Positions 9,088 to 17,287 of a stretch of 62,938 nucleotides of DNA are shown one piece after another. This stretch comes from a virus. Taxonomy: Duplodnaviria > Caudoviricetes. The stretch spans positions 1 to 62,938 of IMG/VR virus record IMGVR_UViG_3300050130_000093. One strand, given 5' to 3'. Both the position numbers and the translations under genes were made by a program. Each line of letters begins with the position of its first letter. The first letter of the stretch is position 1. Under the pieces are notes generated by a model. It was given only the letters and a program-made list of their open reading frames with translations. It ran no database searches and had not been told where the DNA came from.

Positions 9088-9965
9088 GCCGCCGCCTTCT
9101 GCTGCGCGAGCAACGTGAAGAACTCCTCGAGCTGGGATTGGTTGTACCCCTCCGCGTCCTTGCCCGTCACGCGCTTGAACTGGCCGGCGGTCACGACACC
9201 GTGCGCCTCGTCGTTCTGGTTGACATGGAACGCCTGCGTGAACGGCACGAGCCGCGTCCACGTCAACAGGCCACCCTGCGGCGCGCTCGGCTTGCCGACC
9301 ACCAGCGGACAATGACCGCCGAGCTCCGGCGACCCGGGCACATAGTCCCACGGCTTTCCCTGGCTGAACGCGTCCTCGTTCGCCTGCGTGATCACGTACC
9401 CAGGGTAGACCGCCTCGAGTAGGTAGTCGACCTCGAGCATGTGGTCCCAGTTGCCCGGCTCGATCGTCATCCACTCAAGGATCTGGTGGTTCGTCCCGGT
9501 CGTGTCGGCGAACCCGGTCTGCCACGCCTCCAGCACGCTCTGAAGGTCGGAGCCGTTGTCGTTCGCACCCGTCACCGGGTCATAGCCGGACTGCGAGCTG
9601 TACCAGCCGATCACTGTTGCGCAGGTGATCTTCGGCTGCGGCAGCCCGGTGTCGAGGGCGTCTTCGATGATCTTGTTGGCGACCGCAGCCTCCGCGCAGT
9701 CCCCGGCGCCCTGGTACGCAGCGTCGGCCTGCGGGATCGAGTTGTCGTCGCACGGCATGTTGCCGTGGCCGCCCCAGTTCTTCAGGTCGCCGCCGTGACC
9801 AAACGTCCCGGCAATCTTCACGGCCAGATTCGACGGGAGCGCACCCGACGCGACAAGACCGGGGCGAATGTCGTTCGAGTAGCTGATGCCACGATACGGC
9901 GATGCTGGCTTTTTGCCGAGGAACAGTTCCCCGAGCTCGGGATGGTGGATCGTCGGGACGGGCAT
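9084..9965 (-). CDS. putative papain-like cysteine peptidase
   Basis: GDCAEA (candidate catalytic Cys), DNG, GGHC (candidate His); lies in the lysis cassette. Confidence 0.6.
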   Translation of the reverse strand: MPVPTIHHPELGELFLGKKPASPYRGISYSNDIRPGLVASGALPSNLAVKIAGTFGHGGDLKNWGGHGNMPCDDNSIPQADAAYQGAGDCAEAAVANKIIEDALDTGLPQPKITCATVIGWYSSQSGYDPVTGANDNGSDLQSVLEAWQTGFADTTGTNHQILEWMTIEPGNWDHMLEVDYLLEAVYPGYVITQANEDAFSQGKPWDYVPGSPELGGHCPLVVGKPSAPQGGLLTWTRLVPFTQAFHVNQNDEAHGVVTAGQFKRVTGKDAEGYNQSQLEEFFTLLAQQKAAA

Positions 9966-10240
9966 CAGGAATGGACGACCGAACCGATGGCCGCACCAGA
10001 CTCAAGCGCCGAGCTGACGACCGATGCGGCGGTCTGGCGTAGGTAGATGTCGTACGCGTACACGGCGAGCGGGACAACGATCCCGGCGATGCCGACGATC
10101 ACGTTCGCGGTCGTGCCGCTGATCCACTGGAAGTTCACGATCTCGGTCACGATCGAGCCGAGCACGGACAGGATCGCCAGTGCGAGCGGCGGTACGCCGA
10201 CGCCCGGGATCACGATCGGGGATGGTGCTGGTGTAGTCAT
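9965..10240 (-). CDS. putative holin
   Basis: Two hydrophobic segments; near the endolysin. Confidence 0.6.
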   Translation of the reverse strand: MTTPAPSPIVIPGVGVPPLALAILSVLGSIVTEIVNFQWISGTTANVIVGIAGIVVPLAVYAYDIYLRQTAASVVSSALESGAAIGSVVHS

Positions 10241-10413
10241 GCGGGACCTTTCGTTTGTGTGTCGATCCGCTTCAACGTCTGGTGCATCGTCTCAAGCTTA
10301 CGCACGTTCACCCACGCCATGACCGCGCTAGAGAGCGACCCGATCAGGGCGGCGACGGAGCTGATCGCCGCGACGGCCGCAAGCATCCAGACCGGCAGCG
10401 CGGTCGCGAGCAT
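10237..10413 (-). CDS. small membrane protein (58 aa, not in the ORF track)
   Basis: MLATALPVWMLAAVAAISSVAALIGSL...; ATGA coupling. Confidence 0.6.
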   Translation of the reverse strand: MLATALPVWMLAAVAAISSVAALIGSLSSAVMAWVNVRKLETMHQTLKRIDTQTKGPA

Positions 10414-10416
10414 GGG

Positions 10417-10503
10417 TTACTGCCCGCTGGTCAGGCCGAGCCCGAAGCCCAGCAGGCCCATCCCGGCCGAGAAGACCACGATACAGACGATCGCGAGAAT
10501 CAC
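10417..10503 (-). CDS. 28-aa membrane peptide
   Basis: GTG start overlapping the endolysin stop; MILAIVCIVVFSAGMGLLGFGLGLTSGQ. Confidence 0.45.
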   Translation of the reverse strand: MILAIVCIVVFSAGMGLLGFGLGLTSGQ

Positions 10504-11135
10504 GGCTTCGCCAGCTTCCACCCACCGAGACGCTCCATGAACACGTACGCCTCATCGTTGAGTTGCTTCGTCAGGGCGCCGGGATGGCCGCGAATGGTCG
10601 GCCACTCCTTGACGAACGTGTCGCCCTGCCCCTTCTGCGCCGCGGTCAGCGTCGGATACTTCGGCGGAGGCGGAGGCTTCGGCGCGAAGAAGTCATCGAG
10701 GCACGCGCTCATATCGTACGCCGACCCGTTCTGCTCGCACTGGATCGCGTCATACCCGGACGGCACGATTGCCGGCTGCCCCCAGTGCGCGACCCACGCC
10801 CGCCACGCGGCGTGCGGAATGTTCGCGGCACGCACGACGGCCAGTAGCTCCGGCATGAACGTGGCGATGCTTGCGTAGCCGCCCGGCCGATACACGCCGC
10901 GCGCGACCTGCCGAGCATGCCACGCCGGGAAGTCCTGCGGCTTCGCGTCGCCACTCTCGCAGTCCAGAATGTCGCCGTCGATGGCTGGGTGCGTCGCGAT
11001 CAGGAGATGATGCGCGTGCGGGAACCGTGCAACGAGCTGCTCGTAGTTGCCGCCCGCGCCGTAGCCCGCCACGGCCTGCGGGTTCGCCGGGATGCCGCTC
11101 CCGTCGTTGTCACAGTCATACATGAGCAGTGTCAT
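10500..11135 (-). CDS. endolysin, GH25-like glycoside hydrolase
   Basis: MYD, VAGY, LDCESGD, GYAS, WVAHW, AIQ, YDMS; adjacent to membrane genes. Confidence 0.7.
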   Translation of the reverse strand: MTLLMYDCDNDGSGIPANPQAVAGYGAGGNYEQLVARFPHAHHLLIATHPAIDGDILDCESGDAKPQDFPAWHARQVARGVYRPGGYASIATFMPELLAVVRAANIPHAAWRAWVAHWGQPAIVPSGYDAIQCEQNGSAYDMSACLDDFFAPKPPPPPKYPTLTAAQKGQGDTFVKEWPTIRGHPGALTKQLNDEAYVFMERLGGWKLAKP

Positions 11136-11545
11136 CGCAGCCTCACCCTCCAGATCGCAAGTTTCACGGCCACACGGTCAGCGTACTCGACCGCTGGCGT
11201 CCCCAAACCACAGTAGTCGTACAGCGCGCCCCAAAGCGAGCCCGGATGACGCCGCAACACCGCCGTCAGAAACGGGAAGTCCACCGGGACGCTGATGTCC
11301 TCGACGACCGCGCACACCACCGCCGGCTCGAGACCGAACGCGACACCCTCACGCACAAGCTCCCACCCAGCGTCGCCGAGCCAGTCCTTGACGACCGCGC
11401 GTAGCTGCCGGCGCTGCGGACTCAGCGTGAACCGTGCGGGCCGTGCCGCCAGATGCCCCGCCTCGGTGCGCGCCTCGATCTGGATGAAGCGCGACACGTT
11501 CGGCGGCGGCGGCCAATCCGGACGGTTCAACGCGATCGCTCTCAT
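11132..11545 (-). CDS. hypothetical protein
   Basis: Coupled to the endolysin gene. Confidence 0.55.
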   Translation of the reverse strand: MRAIALNRPDWPPPPNVSRFIQIEARTEAGHLAARPARFTLSPQRRQLRAVVKDWLGDAGWELVREGVAFGLEPAVVCAVVEDISVPVDFPFLTAVLRRHPGSLWGALYDYCGLGTPAVEYADRVAVKLAIWRVRLR

Positions 11546-11566
11546 GCGCCCAGCGTAGCGCCCAGG

Positions 11567-12031
11567 TCAACGCAAGACGACGATGACCGTCTGAAACTCA
11601 AGGGCCGACGTGGCGCCCGACACGTTCTTCAGCCGCACATAGGTCATGGACTGCGACGTTGTCGAGGGCGGGCCGCTCACCGGCACGCAGTACGGCTTGA
11701 TGCTGATCACGGCCGGCACCAAGCTCCACGTGCCGCCAAGATTCGCTCCCTGGAGCGTCCCGTTGATCTCGACGTCGAACGTCGTCGCGCCGGTGTTCGT
11801 CGCCACCGTCACGGTCGCCGACACGATGACGTCGGCCGGCTGCAGCGCGATACGCGAGTAGGGAGTGAACGACCCGACGGCCACAGACGCCGACACAAAC
11901 GCGTCAGTCAAAGGGATGTGCTGCCCCTGATACGACCTCGCGGCCCGCAGACTCTTGCTGATCTGCGTGTTCACCGCGAAGTCCGGGTGCACTGGCCTTG
12001 ATCGAAAGCCGATCGCAGTTGAAGCTGGCAT
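11567..12031 (-). CDS. putative tail structural protein
   Basis: GGAGG RBS; beta-rich composition. Confidence 0.6.
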   Translation of the reverse strand: MPASTAIGFRSRPVHPDFAVNTQISKSLRAARSYQGQHIPLTDAFVSASVAVGSFTPYSRIALQPADVIVSATVTVATNTGATTFDVEINGTLQGANLGGTWSLVPAVISIKPYCVPVSGPPSTTSQSMTYVRLKNVSGATSALEFQTVIVVLR

Positions 12032-12118
12032 CGAATATCCTCCGTCTCGAAGAGTGTGCCCTCGCGACGACGCGACGTCCGAGGGCGTGACCGGTCCCTA
12101 CTGCTGGGAGGTTCCGAT

Positions 12119-12709
12119 ATGGCGAAGCGTACATGCTCGATCGAGGGGTGCGGCGGGGCCGTGTGCGGTTGGGGCTTGTGCAGTAGGCACTACGCACGTT
12201 GGCGGCGTCACGGCGATCCGCTGTATGTCCGCTACCCCATACATCTCTCCAAAGATCCCGTCGAGCGGTTCTGGTCGAAGGTCGATAAGGATGGCCCGGT
12301 GCCAGACTACGCGCCGCACCTTGGCCCATGCTGGATTTGGCTAGCCGGAACTACCAAGGGGTATGGCGTCTTCAAGATGCCTGACCGTCAGCGCCCGGCG
12401 CACCGCATCGCCTACGAACTGGTGGTCGCGCCTGTCCCGGCGGAGCTCGATCTTGACCATCTCTGCCGAGTGCGACGCTGCGTGAATCCGGCGCACGTTG
12501 AGCCCGCGACGCGGCAGGTCAATCTACTGCGGGGCGTCGGCCACCCGGCCGTCAACGCGGCGAAGACCCACTGCCCAAAGGGACACCCGTTCGATGACGC
12601 CAACACCTACCACTGGGAGGGTCATCGCCAATGTCGCGCGTGCCGCTTTGCGGCCGACAAGCGCTATCGGGACCGACTGCGCGAACGATCGCTAGAAAAA
12701 TCTTTGTGA
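12119..12709 (+). CDS. HNH homing endonuclease (paralog of 66..632)
   Basis: GGGAGG RBS; GPCWIW, AHRIAYE, DHLCRVRRCVNPAH, KTHCPKGH. Confidence 0.9.
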   Translation: MAKRTCSIEGCGGAVCGWGLCSRHYARWRRHGDPLYVRYPIHLSKDPVERFWSKVDKDGPVPDYAPHLGPCWIWLAGTTKGYGVFKMPDRQRPAHRIAYELVVAPVPAELDLDHLCRVRRCVNPAHVEPATRQVNLLRGVGHPAVNAAKTHCPKGHPFDDANTYHWEGHRQCRACRFAADKRYRDRLRERSLEKSL

Positions 12710-12745
12710 CGATGTGCTATACCCGTCTCGACCAAGGAGGTCATC

Positions 12746-12907
12746 ATGCCCAAGCAGCCAGACAACGCGCTCCTGCGCGCCAGCCGCAAGCTCGACGCCG
12801 CATCGAAGGGCACCGGACAGCTCGGCTCGACGCTGCTCGCCCTCGCGTTCCTCGTCATCCTCGCCGTCATCCTCGTCCCGATCGGCCTCAAGGCGCTCGG
12901 CATCTAG
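12746..12907 (+). CDS. 53-aa single-pass membrane protein (moron-like)
   Basis: AAGGAGG RBS; MPKQPDNA...LLALAFLVILAVILVPIGLKALGI. Confidence 0.65.
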   Translation: MPKQPDNALLRASRKLDAASKGTGQLGSTLLALAFLVILAVILVPIGLKALGI

Positions 12908-15318
12908 TGCTTCTTCGTCTTCGAGCGGTTCGATAGCGCGTTCGCGTTGCTGCCCGGCGTGTTGAGCAGATTCTCCGGCACATTCGCCGGCGTCATCGTG
13001 GAGCTCACACGGCCGGTCGGCCCGAACGTGCGCGTCACCTGAGTCATCTGCCGCGGCGTATCGTCCTCCACGCCGATGTCCGGCAGCCACATGCGCACCC
13101 CATCACCCGGCCGGAAGTGGAACTCGCTCAGATTGCCGGTCACCGGGAACGTGTCAGCCAGACGGTCCGTCGCGCGCGGATCGCCCGTCAGGTTCTCCCA
13201 CGGCGTCTCCTGCAACGCCAACTGCGCCGACGCCCGTGCGTTCAACAGCTCCTGGTAGCTGACGTCCGACGCGTCGATCCAGCCCTGCAAGTCGAACAGG
13301 TTCGCGGCGATGTTGGCGAGCGCGAACACCTGCGACTGCAGCTGCGAGCCCTGCCCGTCACTGATCCCGGCACCGATCGCATAGACGCTCGACCACTGGT
13401 CGGTCGCGTCCGACACGTTGCTGTAGTTGATGATCGGCGACACACCGTCGGAGAGATCCGCCTGGATCAACTCGTCGGTGTCGTGGCCCTCACGAACCCG
13501 TGGACACAGGTTGCCCGGGAACAGGCCGGACTCGAGCTGCTGCGGCTCGCACGCGAACTGGTAGCCGAACGCGTTGGCAGTCTGCTGGTACATGTCGAAG
13601 TAGCTGACGCCCTGGTAGCGCTGGTCGATACAGCCGAGCGGCGAAAGGGACGTCGACGGGACCGGGATCGTGTAGTTCGGGATCGTCGCGCCGCCCGGGT
13701 CGGTCCACGTGAAGCCCGACGCGTTGAAGTAGAGCCCCGGCCCGTGCGTCCCCGTCCCGTTGGCGTACTCGATGATGATCGGATACCAGCCGCTCTCACT
13801 CACCCCGGAACCGTTCGCGAGCGCCGCGGCGTTGACCGTGAACGTCTGCGACCACGACGTCGTGAGCGTCCACTGATCGACGAGCTGCGTGCCGAACTGG
13901 GTCTTGCCGATCCACACACGAACACCGTTGGTGCCAACCCAGCCGCCGTCGGTGACCTGCATGTTGACGTTGCCCTGCGCGAGCGGCAGCCAGACCGCCC
14001 CGAAGAACTTGGCTGACCAGTTCGTCGCCGCGAACCCGGACGTGACGTGCGCCCCGGGGTACTCGCTCGTGTCGAGGATCGGCTCGATCACGTCGTACGG
14101 CGTAGGCTGACCGGACGCCGGATTGTCCTTGCCTGGCGTCAGCACCGTGTTCAGATACGCCGCGCCGCTCAAGCCGCCCGACGCAACATCGTTGTAGTAG
14201 CGGGCGTGCAGGCCGCCCGTCGGATAGGTCGCCGCGGTGCCGGGCAGCACGTAGTCGCCCTGGTCCGATCCGGCCATCAGGAACGGCTGCCACTGCTCGA
14301 ACACGAAGTCGGTGACCAGCACCGACGCGACGCTGGGCCCGATGCTGTTCGCGCACAGGAGCGCCACATACGGGACGGCAGGCCCCGACGGAGCGGGCTG
14401 ATACCCGATGAGCTGCCCGTTGACGTACGCGCGGATCCACTGGCCGTCGCACTCCACGACGACCGCAACGGGCCCCGTGAAGGCCACCACCGGGATCGTC
14501 GTCCCGACGCTGGTCCAACTGCTGTAGCCCATCGCGGCCAGCGGGGACGACGACGGGCCCGTCACGTTCACCGTCCCGCCCGGATAGAGGCCCATCGTGA
14601 AGGCGAACTGGTTGGAAGGCACGTTGTCGAGCGACACCGTGGCCGACATCGACCACTTGGTTTGCGCCGACGTGATCGCCGACGGTGAGCCGCCCAGGAC
14701 TTCCGCCGTGTCGCCGTTGCCGTTCGTGATCGTCAGCGTCAGGCCGGTGGGCCCGATCGAGTAGCTGCCGCCTGACGTGTGGTCGAAGGTCCAGATACCC
14801 GCGAGCGACGCCTCCTGGAAGGTGTCGACGAGCACCGGCACCGGCACCTCGGACGCGTGACTCATCACGTCCCGTGGCGCCTGCAGGCACTGCCAGTCGC
14901 GCTCGTACGCGCTCTTCAGGCACCAGAAGCCGTCGTGGCCGCCGATCGTGATCTTCTGGTAGTCGCTCGTGATCGACTCCACGCAGCCGTTGAACTCCAG
15001 ATAGCCGGCGCGCTTGATCTCAACCCAGTCGCCTTTGCCGGCGTTGCTGAACCGTGCGAGCCACGCCACACCGTCCGACGCCGGCTTGTTCGGCACCTGG
15101 ATCTGCCACGTCCCCGCATCACCCAACCGGGCCGTCCATGTGCCGTTCACGAGGTCCGGGCTGGCGAGCAACTCGCTGATCGGCAACTCCTCGAACGATG
15201 TGGACTGCCCCAGCACGGTCACGGTGGACGCGTTCGGGAGTGCCGCCGCATAACCGGTGCCGACCCTGATGTGACGGAGACTGTAGAGCTGCGGGTCGAG
15301 CTTCAGGATCTCAGGCAC
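12904..15318 (-). CDS. minor tail protein with PA14-like domain
   Basis: Second gene after the tape measure; GLHARYYND..WSAKFFG..NGVRVWIG..LVDQW..WYPIIIEY. Confidence 0.8.
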   Translation of the reverse strand: MPEILKLDPQLYSLRHIRVGTGYAAALPNASTVTVLGQSTSFEELPISELLASPDLVNGTWTARLGDAGTWQIQVPNKPASDGVAWLARFSNAGKGDWVEIKRAGYLEFNGCVESITSDYQKITIGGHDGFWCLKSAYERDWQCLQAPRDVMSHASEVPVPVLVDTFQEASLAGIWTFDHTSGGSYSIGPTGLTLTITNGNGDTAEVLGGSPSAITSAQTKWSMSATVSLDNVPSNQFAFTMGLYPGGTVNVTGPSSSPLAAMGYSSWTSVGTTIPVVAFTGPVAVVVECDGQWIRAYVNGQLIGYQPAPSGPAVPYVALLCANSIGPSVASVLVTDFVFEQWQPFLMAGSDQGDYVLPGTAATYPTGGLHARYYNDVASGGLSGAAYLNTVLTPGKDNPASGQPTPYDVIEPILDTSEYPGAHVTSGFAATNWSAKFFGAVWLPLAQGNVNMQVTDGGWVGTNGVRVWIGKTQFGTQLVDQWTLTTSWSQTFTVNAAALANGSGVSESGWYPIIIEYANGTGTHGPGLYFNASGFTWTDPGGATIPNYTIPVPSTSLSPLGCIDQRYQGVSYFDMYQQTANAFGYQFACEPQQLESGLFPGNLCPRVREGHDTDELIQADLSDGVSPIINYSNVSDATDQWSSVYAIGAGISDGQGSQLQSQVFALANIAANLFDLQGWIDASDVSYQELLNARASAQLALQETPWENLTGDPRATDRLADTFPVTGNLSEFHFRPGDGVRMWLPDIGVEDDTPRQMTQVTRTFGPTGRVSSTMTPANVPENLLNTPGSNANALSNRSKTKKH

Positions 15319-17287
15319 GCGACACGATCCCGCCGATCACCTGGCTGTTGTAGAGCGCCGACTGGCCCAGATCCTGCGTGCCCGCCGGGGCGTATCCGCG
15401 GGAGTTTGCGGAGCGCAGGTAGGCTTCGATACGGTCCACGTAGATCGTGCCGGAGCCGGTGCTGATCCATGCCCGTATCGCCAGCGTACCCGACGAGTTG
15501 ATGTCGCCCAAGTCGAGCCACACATACGACGTCGACGTTGTGGTCGTCGCCGACCCCAAGGTGAGGCCGGTGGCCGCCAGCACGCTGCCGGTGCCCGCGC
15601 TGACGCGCACCCGCGCGAACACCCGGAACACTCCGGCCGCCGTGTCCGGCCAGCCTGTTTGGGTCACATGGGTCGCTTGCGACGTCCGCGTCGCCGTCGC
15701 CGCGTAGGCGCCGGATGCCGTCGCGTCCGCCGTGCTCGACGTGCCGGAGGCGAGCGTCATGTTCTCACACTCCATGACCTGGTGTGCAAACACCGGCGAG
15801 AACCCGAGGTGCGCCGACACGTAGCCCGTGGACTGGCTCTGAATCATCAACGTGTTGCGGTTAGAACCGTAGGCGTTGGTGTTGGCGGAGAGCCAACCGG
15901 CGGTGCTGCCCACCAGCACCGCGACGCTGATCTGCCCGCCGGCCGCCAGACCGCCCGACCCAGGCGCGGCGGAGCGCAGGAACCCGGCCCCGTTGTCCGA
16001 GGAGTTAGCGTTGAAGAGGGTGACACCGGAGAACAGTCCCGTGTGGCCCGTGCCAAGCGCCGTTGAATCATTTACGCCCGCGCCGCCCACCAAGCAGAAC
16101 GCACTGTCGTCAGCGTCTACCGCGGCTGGCGTGATCACGATGCTGGCTCCATCCTGGTTTCCGGGCGACAGGAGCGCCGGGTACACCTCGAACCTTGGAC
16201 CCGACCAGCCGCGCTGCAGTGTGATGAAGATGATCTCGCGCGACGTCGCATCGCCGGCGGCGGTCATCACGCACTTCATCACGGCCCGCTCCGGCGTGTA
16301 CTCCTCAAGCCCGGCGCTCTGCAAGACGCTCTCCGGATATTGGGTGACACCGTAGCCACCGCGGAGGATCCAAACCTTGCACTGCTCCACCCAAGCGCTA
16401 CCCGACCATGTGTCGATCCGCCATCCTGGCGTGTTCGTCGCGTCATAGCGCACTCGGCACTGGCCGTTCTCCAGCACCGGCGTGTCCGGGTTCGCCGTCT
16501 CCGACGTCGGCCAATACCACGGCCAGTCCGGACCCCACACCTGCTGCCAGTTCGCCTCCGTCGTCGACGTGTTCGCGCCCAACCGGTCATAGGCGATCAC
16601 GCCGCCGTTGAACTGGTTGGTCTCCGGCTGCTCGTAGCTGCAGACCGTCAGGTTCGCCTGGCCTGTGATCACGACCGGGGCGGTCCCGTCGAAGCCGGTG
16701 CTCAGCGCGTTCCCGGTGACCGCCGCGTAGCTCGAGCTGTTGACGATGTCGACGACGCCCGGCGGAAGATACGTGACCGCCAACGGCGTCAGCGCGGAGA
16801 AGTCGGTGGAGTAGACGCGCTGCAGATAGTCGCGCGCGTTTGTGCCCCCCAGGTAGGACAGCATCATGATCTGCGCCGCCCGACGGTGCGTCCGCCGAGC
16901 ACCCGCCTTGCGCCACACCACGTTCATCACCTGGAACCAGCCCGTCGCCAAACCGGCCTGCCCCTGCCCGTCCGTGAGCTGCCCCATGTCCGGCACGTAC
17001 CAGCCGCTCTGCTCCGGATCGGCCACCCACACCATGTAGAGCCCGGCCAGCTTGTACGGGCTGTTGTTCAGCAGCGAGCGCAACTGGCGACGGACCGTCA
17101 GGTTCTGCGCCAACGTGGACAGCACACCACCCGCGTTCGGGCCGTACGTCGGGATCGAGATCGCGTGACGCAACGCCTGCCGCGGCGCCGGCACCGGCGT
17201 GCCGCCGAAGTCCGCGACCGGATCGCCGAGCTGCTCAAAGAACTGGATCGGATCGTCCAGCGCCAGACCTTCAATCGTCAAGCCCAT
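15311..17287 (-). CDS. minor tail protein (distal-tail position)
   Basis: Directly follows the tape measure; Gly/Thr/Ser-rich beta composition. Confidence 0.75.
   Translation of the reverse strand: MGLTIEGLALDDPIQFFEQLGDPVADFGGTPVPAPRQALRHAISIPTYGPNAGGVLSTLAQNLTVRRQLRSLLNNSPYKLAGLYMVWVADPEQSGWYVPDMGQLTDGQGQAGLATGWFQVMNVVWRKAGARRTHRRAAQIMMLSYLGGTNARDYLQRVYSTDFSALTPLAVTYLPPGVVDIVNSSSYAAVTGNALSTGFDGTAPVVITGQANLTVCSYEQPETNQFNGGVIAYDRLGANTSTTEANWQQVWGPDWPWYWPTSETANPDTPVLENGQCRVRYDATNTPGWRIDTWSGSAWVEQCKVWILRGGYGVTQYPESVLQSAGLEEYTPERAVMKCVMTAAGDATSREIIFITLQRGWSGPRFEVYPALLSPGNQDGASIVITPAAVDADDSAFCLVGGAGVNDSTALGTGHTGLFSGVTLFNANSSDNGAGFLRSAAPGSGGLAAGGQISVAVLVGSTAGWLSANTNAYGSNRNTLMIQSQSTGYVSAHLGFSPVFAHQVMECENMTLASGTSSTADATASGAYAATATRTSQATHVTQTGWPDTAAGVFRVFARVRVSAGTGSVLAATGLTLGSATTTTSTSYVWLDLGDINSSGTLAIRAWISTGSGTIYVDRIEAYLRSANSRGYAPAGTQDLGQSALYNSQVIGGIVSRA

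Noticed and set aside
12032-12903. Group I intron around the HNH
   Set aside because: No recognisable core elements, and the downstream ORF has its own RBS and start.
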